Shown in pieces: positions 54,982-64,000 of a stretch of DNA of 64,000 bases. Source of the DNA: the human T2T-CHM13v2.0 reference genome, Homo sapiens. Position 1 is the first letter of the stretch, and the number at the start of each line of letters is the position of its first letter. The notes under the pieces were generated by a model, which was not told where the DNA came from, did not search any database, and saw only the letters and a program-made list of their open reading frames with translations. The DNA lies in the NCBI RefSeq assembly GCF_009914755.1, contig NC_060945.1; one strand, given 5' to 3'. The position numbers were made by a program, and so were the translations under genes.

Positions 54982-57900
54982 ATTGTTGGGCTTATAATGA
55001 TTGGAAAAGTGTTAATAGCCATAACTTGCATATAAAATGATATTAATTTTATTTTTGTTAATTTGTTAATTTAGACTGCTAATCTAGATCATTTATTTTG
55101 AAAATACCTTATGCTTGCATTATATCTGATAATAACTTAAATCAATTTAAATATTTCTGTCTAAACAGTAATATTAGGATGAATATAAAGATTATAACTG
55201 AACCATTTTTGTAAATATGCAATGAATAAATTTGGTATGGCACACTGCACTATAGTTATACTTGAATGAAAATATTAGGCCAAAAATTTATTCTAATATT
55301 CATTGAAGAAATAGTTATTTAGTCAGGAAAGCTTTGACTAGATTTTTATGACAATGGAAAGAATCATATGTCATCATGCCTATGGCATATTTTATGGGCC
55401 TCATTCAGAATAATAATATACATATGGTTTTCTTTCCAAAGAAATTTAAATATTTCAGCATCAAAGTTTAATCAAACATATTATAGAACTGACAAATGAA
55501 TGCATTATTTATTTAGGTACAATATATTCATTTTTACAAATACAAGTCTTCATATCCAAACTATGATATACCTAAATAATTTTTTAAACCTTAGTGCTAA
55601 AATTAGTTGAGACTATTTTAGAATTGTTTCTAATCTTGATTACACTAAATCAACTTAAAACTGGATTAAAATAGACACTAGAAACATAAAATGCATTATA
55701 AAAATTGTCTTGAGAATGACATGATTTATTTAAACCAAGATTCAAATTTATAAATATAGAGATATAATATTTTATAAATAAAAGATATAGTTATAACATT
55801 TTATAAATCATATTCAGAGCATATATGTATAACATGTCACATTTTATAGGAATATTAATAGAGCCCATGATTCTTTATACATTTTCCTTCTTAAAGATGT
55901 CAGTTGATAGTTATGTTAATACAAGTATTTGTATATTGACAAATGAAAAAATCAGAGAGTGTGGAAGAGATTGATTCAGCATCATATATTATGTCAGCAG
56001 AAATTTGACACAAGCATATAGGTTACTGTTTCTAAATCCCATCCATATTTTATTAATATCCTCATAAATTAGAACACACGAATTGTATCACATAAAGGTA
56101 GAATAACAAAATAGTTAAAAAATCAATTTTGAAAATACAATGAAATTGTTGTACTTTTATGGATTTGTATATTACTATGAAATATATTGCACAGACTAAT
56201 TTGCCTGTATGTATTGCATAGCTCAAATTAAGACATACTTTAAAGTGAATTAAGGCCATTCATTGGTGATGAGTTTTGCTCTTAATAAGAATGTAAACTA
56301 AGTAAGCATTTATTTTCTTTTATATAAAGATGTATCACCTAGAGCTTTTCTATAGTACTGGAAGTAGTCTTATTTATATTAAATATAGTAGTAAAACAAG
56401 ATTCTAAAAATAAAGATATTGGAAAACCATGCAAGCCACTCTGCTTGTATGTATTTTTCTACTACAATGCTGACAATCTAGATACTCCTCCAACATTTCC
56501 AGACGCCTTAAAAATACAAAATCTAAAACTCAATAAAATAAATATCTTAAATTTAAACTAGAAGGATGTTACACCCTCAAAGAGCTAAAGAAGTGTCATA
56601 CAGAAAATTGTTATAACTACATTTAAGAAAATAAAGTTTAATGCTATTTATAAATAATCTGTACGTACAAATAGTCCAGCCTTATCAAAATGGAAAATTT
56701 TGATAGAAATTATTTGTTAGAGATGCCTGAAAGAAAACAATTATAACAGCTTTATGAAAATCTGCAATAAACTGTTAATGAAAATGAAATGTTCTATTAT
56801 ATTAAGAATGAAAAGACTCAAAATATTTATCAGAATATCCTATTTAACTTACTATATAAAATATTATTTTGTATTATTCAAATGTAAAGAGATGAATGTT
56901 TAAATTATTTTTTGTGACTTCTCCATAGATGGAGGAATTAAATAAAACACATCCCTCCTCTTCAAATGCATTACTCTGTAACAACTATGGTTTTATGATT
57001 TGTTTAGAAAAAGATGAAGATAATGTAACTGAGATCTTTTTAAGATTCACTAAACTTTCTTTCATACTTTTACTCAAGCATGTCTAATTTCTTATAGAAA
57101 GGAGGATAATTTGTTTCTAAAACCATTTCTTCGGAAAAATGAGAAGGAATAATTTTCTTCAAAGAGGTCCTGCAGATGTTAGTTGACTTCATGCATTTCC
57201 ACATCGATACTTTTGAGTTAATAGTGTCTGCTGCTTCCATAAATGATATCTGAAGTAATTAGGTGAAATACATCCTTTTGGTGACTAAAAGCAGACACAG
57301 AAATCTTCAGCTTTAATGAAAGGATAGTAACCTAGATTCTGAATTGGAAAACTTAAATAAATGTTTACCCTGTAATGATTTGGTTGTAATTACCTAGATA
57401 AGTATCATTTCAATGCATTGAAATTATCATATGAATAAATAGTTAACAGTTTTAGATTAAAATAATGAAACTACTTATTTCTCTTGGGAAAAGAGATTAG
57501 GACATCATTATAAAAACGGTCGTTGGCCTTATCTATTCAAATTTAGCAACTAGGGAAATTAATTTCAAATTTAGTATTATCAAAGGCCAAAGTTGGTTTT
57601 GTGAAAGATTTACATTTTTGTAAGCTCGACATTTTCAGAGATTTAAGTGCTATCTCCTGACCCTAGCAAAGACCACTGAGCAGATGAAATCATATTAGTA
57701 ATTGTGGTTCTGTTCAGATATTATCTATAAGTGGGTTGTATGTCTGGCTCAGCAGTCAAGGAAGTTTCAGAACTTAAATGTAATAATCCATTGATTACCA
57801 AGGGAAAATTTCAACAATCATAGCTTAAATACTGTACAAGAAGTTTGCTGTGAAACTTTTAGGTATTGCTTACTCAAGCGTGAATCTTCCATGTTGGATA

Positions 57901-58083
57901 AACAAAGGTGAACATTTGCACTAACATTTGTGTTTACTTTAAGTTTTGTAAGATTCTCAGATTTCCAGTCTGTTACATAATTTTTTTCTAAATGGTTAAT
58001 ATTATTACATAATAGTAAATGCCAATGTTCAAACAAATATTTTTAACAATTTTCAAACCTTTATTTTCCATGGCTCTTTGCAG

Positions 58084-58290
58084 CGATTGGTGAACCTGAA
58101 AGTATAGATTGGTATAATCCTCAAGGAGAGAAGATAATTTCAACACAGAGGGTAGTAGTGCAAAAGGAAGGTGTTAGGTCACGGTTAACCATCTACAATG
58201 CAAATATAGAAGATGCAGGGATATATCGTTGTCAAGCAACAGATGCCAAAGGACAAACACAAGAAGCTACAGTAGTTTTGGAAATTTACC
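58084..58290 (+). CDS. NCAM2: NCAM2 exon 3 (207 nt, phase 1-1): (A)[68 protein letters not shown](Q)
   Basis: Acceptor ctctttgcag|CG and donor ACC|gtaagt. Contains the Ig I-set hallmarks W, LTI and DAGIYRC, and is in frame with exons 2 and 4. Confidence 0.98.
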
Positions 58291-58934
58291 GTAAGTAATG
58301 TATTTATATGTTTTAGTTTATTCAATTTCAGTTGCTTATAAATAACCGAAAAAATAAAATGTTTGATAACACTTATTAAGAACTATGTGCTTTGAAAATA
58401 AATATCAGTTTATTTATGCTTTACCAGAGTGTATCTTAGAATAGAATAGCTAACAGATAATAAGTGGTTATAAACATATATAGGGCATCAATTATATTAA
58501 ATAATATTAATAAAAATGTTTTCATTTTCTCAAGCCATTAAGAATTCACTGGGTATATAGAGAATAGTGGTTTATTTAGTGGTATGATATTTATTCAGCA
58601 TTTTTTTTTTCACTGTAAAATAGAAGGTCATGATTAGAATAAATGAAAATGTGTGACAGCACTGACCATTGTAGAATGAGAATCTGGGGAAGGGTCAGTG
58701 AACAAGAGTAGTCAGAAAGTTGAAACTGATCTAGTAGCCAATAATATTGAGTCAGGATTCTTTACCACTAAGTGTTTTTATTAGCAAAGCTTTCCACATT
58801 TGCACTTCATTTTATGTCCTGGGATGGATTTCTTCCTATGTTCCTTTCTCCTCCTTATATTTAAGAACCATTAACCTGTTTAGGAACATTGAAATCTGTT
58901 GACTCCTGCATTTTAAAGCAAGCTATCCCAATTA

Positions 58935-59110
58935 CTTTCGTGACCTTGAGCAAATCATGTAACCTCTCTGTCTTTAGTTTCCTCATATATAAACTGAGGA
59001 TAATAATGGTACCTATGTGATATATGGAGTTTGAGTACTACCTTAAATTATATTGCATAAAGTACTTACAACAATGCCTTACGATTAATAGGTAGTTAGC
59101 ATTTCTACCA
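58935..59110 (+). mobile_element. MIR remnant
   Basis: gtgaccttgagcaaatcatgtaacctctctgtctttagtttcctcatatataaactgaggataataatggtacc. Confidence 0.85.
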
Positions 59111-59554
59111 ATGGTAAATTATATATATATTAGGAATGCAAGCCCTTAAATCATCTCATATCTGTAGCTTTGTGTTTTGTTTGTTATTCTAGAAATAGGA
59201 TATGAAAAACAAAGTCGGAACATTCCTACAGTAGGACTTCCTGTTTGATGACCAACGCAATTTGTGGGCACATTGTTGCTCTTGTGTTTCCTGATTTGGA
59301 ATTTTTCCCTCCCATTTGATTCTGAGCTTCCGAAGAAATGATATTTTCCTAATTTATGTAACCCCCTAGAGTATCTATTTCACAATAGCAAATAATTAAA
59401 TTGAAATGGTCATTTTATAGATATAATGTTTGGAAATACTTCTTTATTTTAAATGATGCAAAAGAAGAATTGTGACATTTGCAAAGGTAAAAAAAATTTT
59501 TGCAAGAACAATTCATTACTTCTGTGAGAATTTCTCATCAAGCATAAATATCCA

Positions 59555-60035
59555 TGTTCACTCATTCATTCATTCATTCATTAAAGACACTTATTAGGTG
59601 TGTATCCACTATAATTCTGAGTCCTAGCCAGAGACAGACAGACAATAAATAAACTGAAACAGATACATAGATGCTAGCTAAACATGCTATGGAATCCTAT
59701 GGAAAATAAATTACCTGGGGTAGAGAGATAGAGAACCTTGAAATGGAAAGGAATATTGCTATTTTATATAGGCAGGTTGGATAAGAATCTGAATGAATTG
59801 AAGGCGGTGCAAATGCCCTGTGGTGAGAACAAACTTGGAATGTTCAAGGAACCTCCAAGAAGACAGTTTTCCTGAGTGACAAGGAAGAGAGAGGAGAAAT
59901 TGAGATTGGAGTTGAGGAGATACACTCCAGTTTATACAGAACCTCATATGGCATTGAAAGATCTTTGGATTTTATTCTCAGTGAGATAGGAAGGTATTAG
60001 GGAGAAGTAGATTATCTAGTTTAAGATTTTAAAGT
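59555..60035 (-). mobile_element. L2 (L2a-like) remnant
   Basis: (CATT)n terminus; gtgcaaatgccctgtggtgagaac; tttggattttattctcagtgagataggaag. Confidence 0.8.
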
Positions 60036-60158
60036 ATCTAGGTTTCCCTAATTATTTTATTATAGTATCAATAGAGTCTGGATTATGTTATTGGGAGAAA
60101 TAAGCAATGATACTTTTGTGATTTGTGATTTGTGATTTGTTTTACTTTGTTGATACAG

Positions 60159-60302
60159 AAAAACTCACTTTCAGAGAAGTGGTATCTCCACAAGAATTCA
60201 AACAAGGAGAAGATGCAGAAGTGGTTTGCCGAGTTAGCAGTTCACCTGCACCTGCTGTCAGCTGGTTGTATCATAATGAGGAAGTCACCACTATTTCCGA
60301 CA
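60159..60302 (+). CDS. NCAM2: NCAM2 exon 4 (144 nt, phase 1-1): (Q)[47 protein letters not shown](N), first half of Ig domain 2
   Basis: Acceptor ttgttgatacag|AA and donor ACA|gttagt. Overlaps ORF 60125..60307; Ig C...W spacing is present. Confidence 0.97.
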
Positions 60303-60461
60303 GTTAGTATTTTGGTAACTCCCTAAGTTATATGTTCTAATACTATTGCAGTTTTTAAAAATCTGAATCTATGTGTCTAGTTGTAGAAATTTGAATTTTT
60401 GACCCCAAATATTCAACAACTATTTTGAGAACCTGTAAGCTCTACATTAGGATTTTGCAAT

Positions 60462-60694
60462 CTAGGGATCTCAGGGCAAATTCACTGCCCTTTACCCCTA
60501 TGTTGTAATCAAAACACAGTTATGCCCGTTCACCACATACTGTCTGTGGCAGCTTTGGAGGCATAGTTGAGAAGCTGTGGCTAAAAAAAATATACAATCA
60601 TTAGCCTAAAAAAATGTACAATCGTTAGCCTAAAAAAAATACAATCATTAGTACCTGGAGATTTACAGAAAAGGTTTGCAGACCTTTGCTCTAG
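60462..60694. mobile_element. MER58A-like hAT remnant with an internal ~24-bp triplication (60581-60652)
   Basis: aacacagttatgcccgttc...tttacagaaaaggtttgcagacc; the unit CTAAAAAAA(A)T(RT)ACAATCRTTAG occurs three times. Confidence 0.75.
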
Positions 60695-61849
60695 TGTCAA
60701 GAAAAGATGAATACATTATAAGCAGTACTAAGTAAATGAAGGAGTACATCCTGCTGTATTCAAATTCTGTATAATTTATACATGATTCTATGGTATCACT
60801 ATATGTAAACTTAGTATTGATGTGAATTATGTTTATTATTCTGGGGCAGTACGTTCAAGGTTATCTACAAGTTCTAAATATTATGGAAAGATCCATATAG
60901 ATAATAGAAAAGTACTTTCATTCAAATTGTCTTCATGATTTTGATTTAGACTGTGCTAAAATTTCAGAATAATATGACATCTGAAATCGAATGTATAATT
61001 TGCTTACATTATGTTCCTTTACCATGTTCATAGGGAGCATTTTCAATTTAGAATTTTTTCAATGCACCTGCACAGCAGAGAGGTACAAAATAATTGAATC
61101 TTTTAAAGTAGTTTCCGTCTTCGATGATTCTGATTTGTGTCCAAGGGATGAAGATTCTACAGCATAAAGAAGAGACAGAAAATAATATCTATTTTTGAAT
61201 ATGTGGGGAGAATGTATGATAATCATGTTCAATAGTCACTTTTTTAATTTTGAAAGAATTTTTCTGAGCTTAGCATGTTCAATGCTTGTCAGTTTCCATT
61301 ATAATACATTAATGAGAAATAACACTTTATTTCCTCTTGTTCTGTTTCAGCATAACTCTGTACAGTGTATTAACAAGTCACATGAGTAAATGGGTTGATG
61401 TATTTTTAGCTCTTTTCCCCTCAATAATAAAGAAAAAGCAGTCCTTTTGTAACGGTGGAATGACAATGTCTAAATATTTTCAGACTGTCTAATCTTACAC
61501 CTCAAGTGTAGGTTTATTGTAAAACTTTATTAGTAGAATATTTTGAAGTAAATTTTATTTTTAAAAGTCAAATAGAGCAAAGCCTCAAAGCAAAGACTGA
61601 TGACAACGGGTAGTGGTGATGGAGAAGTGATATTTCCATGCTAGAGCTCATACGTATTTCCCCAGCATCCCAGGACTAAATGACGTACAGCCAGATTTCC
61701 ATTTTGGCTTTCCTCCTTTCCTTGGCCCTGAAGCTTTGAACATCTTTTCTAAATGTTCTGTGCCTAAATCAGACTCTTTATCTGTAAAACACAGATGATT
61801 GCCTTCATTTAAAATAATGGCTTTGTGTCATAAATGAGACTTTAGACAT

Positions 61850-62179
61850 AAAGTCCTTTCTTGACATCTATGGGTGATTTGTTCCAGGACCTCCCACAGA
61901 TACCAAAATAAGCCGATGCCAAAGTCTCTTATATAAAAAGCATAGTATTTGGTATAACCTATGTACATCCTCCCATATATTCTAAATTACATCTGGATTA
62001 TCCATAATATCAAATACAACATAAAGACTATGTACATGGTTGCTATACAGTATTATTTGGGAAATAAGGAATAGCCTGTACATGTTCAATAAAGATGCAG
62101 TTTTTAAAAAATATATTTTTCATCAGCAGTTGTTTGAATCCACGAATGTGGAATCCATGGATATGGGGGGTCAGCTATA
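61850..62179. mobile_element. MER2 (TcMar-Tigger) DNA transposon
   Basis: gttccaggacctcccacagataccaaaa...ttgaatccacgaatgtggaatccatggatatggggggtcagcta. Confidence 0.85.
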
Positions 62180-63089
62180 CTTCATTTGTTAAGTGAATGA
62201 ATAAAATATATGGCTATATATTAGATTCTTAATAAATGACATGTATCGCTCTCATTCCTTCTCTATGAGTTTTTAAATCTTGGAATCAGTTTTGCTAAAA
62301 TTACATGTGTTTAGGTTATATCTAGAACCAGAAAATCCAATGTAGAAGAAATGGGTATAGTTTAACGTGAAACATAACACTAAGTTGTGTGGCAGGTGAA
62401 AAATAAAAATAAAATAAAATCATATTTTTAACTATAGAATTTAAAGTATTCAAGTAAATTATCAGGAAGGACACACTTTTCTAACCTTGAAATAGTGTAG
62501 AAACTTATCACATAAATCATTATTGAACAATTTGTACATTTATAATAGACTTATATGAAATAATATTATTCACTGCTTATACCTCATATAGTCCTTTATT
62601 AAAGCTGATGAAATAAGATCAAGATTACAATTATGTATGAGGATTTAGAATAATGCCACGGACCCAGATATATTTATTTTGCCATAATCTGATTCAAAAG
62701 TAAAATATAGATATTCCAGAGGAAATAATGAAAGCTTGGAAATGCTCATCTTATTAGCTATGCTTTTGATTGTAGCTGCGTGGCAGATATTCAGAATTAA
62801 ACTTCCTGCAGAAAAGCAGTGGAGATTTTCCATGTTGCTCATAGAAAGGAGATCCGTATGCTAAAGGATCCAAGCATTGTGGGAGTAAAGGTGACATTTT
62901 ATTATACAAGTTGAATATCTGTCATCGTGATGGAGGGATATGCTATTTGCTGATATCCATTCAATCTTGGCCAGTTTGGAAATTCTCTCTTAAACTTTTT
63001 AAATGCTTTGGCCAACACCTAATTGATATACTCCTTCTGCATTAAAAAAACTGATTAAAATTACCTTGTTCAATACAATTTTTATATAA

Positions 63090-64000
63090 CCTACTTCTAG
63101 TATAAAAGATTAATTCAACAATTATGGAATACACAGGATCTATGCTGTAGTGTACCAGATGATTATGATTCATGGTAAGCAAGATAAGTTCACTGCCTTC
63201 AAAATACTAAGAATCTAGAGGGAAAGATAAATAGGTAAATCAGTGTGAGAACAAGACACATTGAGTCTATGATAACGAAATTGTGGTAATAAAGGATGAT
63301 AAAATAAATGTAAACTACGTAGGATAAGAGAGAGTGTCAAAGATGCCTGCCAGGAGGAAAAAGTTACCTTTAAATATACACACGTATTAGCCAGGCAAAC
63401 GTCGGTGCGGAATTTTCAGGAAGAGGGAAGACCATGTGCAATGGCCCAGAGGTGAAAAGCAGCATGAAAGCATATTTCTGAAACTGGAATAAGTTTATTA
63501 TTACTAGAACTTATTAATAAGTGCAACTTAGATACTTTTACAAATGAGTAAATCTAACTAGGATTTTTAAACAAAGGACTAATAAGAAAGGAAGCTGAAG
63601 AAGGAGGTCAAACCAAGTCAGCACAGCCTTGATATCTGCTACTACGGAGTTTGTAATTTATTCAAAGGGGGCATCATTAAAGGGATTTAATCAATGCAGT
63701 GACATAAGCTAATATACAGTTGAGAAGAATATTTGTATGTCAGTGAAAACAACAAATTAGATGGGAGTCAAGGCAAAACTCCTGAGACTCAGAATAGTTC
63801 AGGTCCTAATGAAATATTGCTGAGGGAGAAGAAGACTTAAATTAAATAACGATAAACAGAGAAGTGATGAGACATGGAGTCTGATTGGGTCTGCAGACTC
63901 AGAGAGATGAAGATGTCAAGAATGACTCGTGGAATTTGCCTTCCATGGAGTTCCATCACTTATGGAATATTCCTTTGGCAACTAGTTCCATGTAAAGGCA
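63090..64000 (-). mobile_element. L2 remnants
   Basis: cactgccttcaaaatactaagaatctagaggg; tttcaggaagagggaagaccatgtgcaatggcccagagg; gtcaagaatgactc. Confidence 0.7.

Noticed and set aside
60581-60652. Three ~24-bp repeats superficially like a CRISPR array
   Set aside because: Directly tandem with no spacers, inside a MER58-like element in a eukaryotic intron; simple slippage.

Overview
AT-rich primate (human-like) genomic DNA from the NCAM2 locus (neural cell adhesion molecule 2), transcribed on the + strand. Positions 1-54468 are the 3' part of the very long first intron. Three coding exons follow at 54469-54543, 58084-58290 and 60159-60302. All have phase 1 boundaries and lengths divisible by 3, and together they encode Ig domain 1 and the first half of Ig domain 2 ([11 protein letters not shown]...[10 protein letters not shown]). 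The rest is intronic and dominated by transposon fossils: 10 Alus, a near-full-length sense L1PB-type element carrying a nested THE1 solo LTR and a 1.1 kb TA-rich VNTR, several truncated L1s, MaLR LTRs, MIR/L2 remnants and MER DNA transposons. Apart from the ORF overlapping exon 4, the ORF track is repeat- or chance-derived. I found no convincing new gene or biological system. The most notable observations are a doubly rearranged (A-C-B') L1 insertion, a 53-bp dispersed duplication, a possible gene-conversion signature between inverted L1 ends, recursive-splice-site-like motifs, a strong splice donor in the L1 5'UTR, and a few compact regulatory motif clusters. Repeat subfamily names and old-repeat boundaries were assigned by eye from remembered consensus sequences and are approximate.
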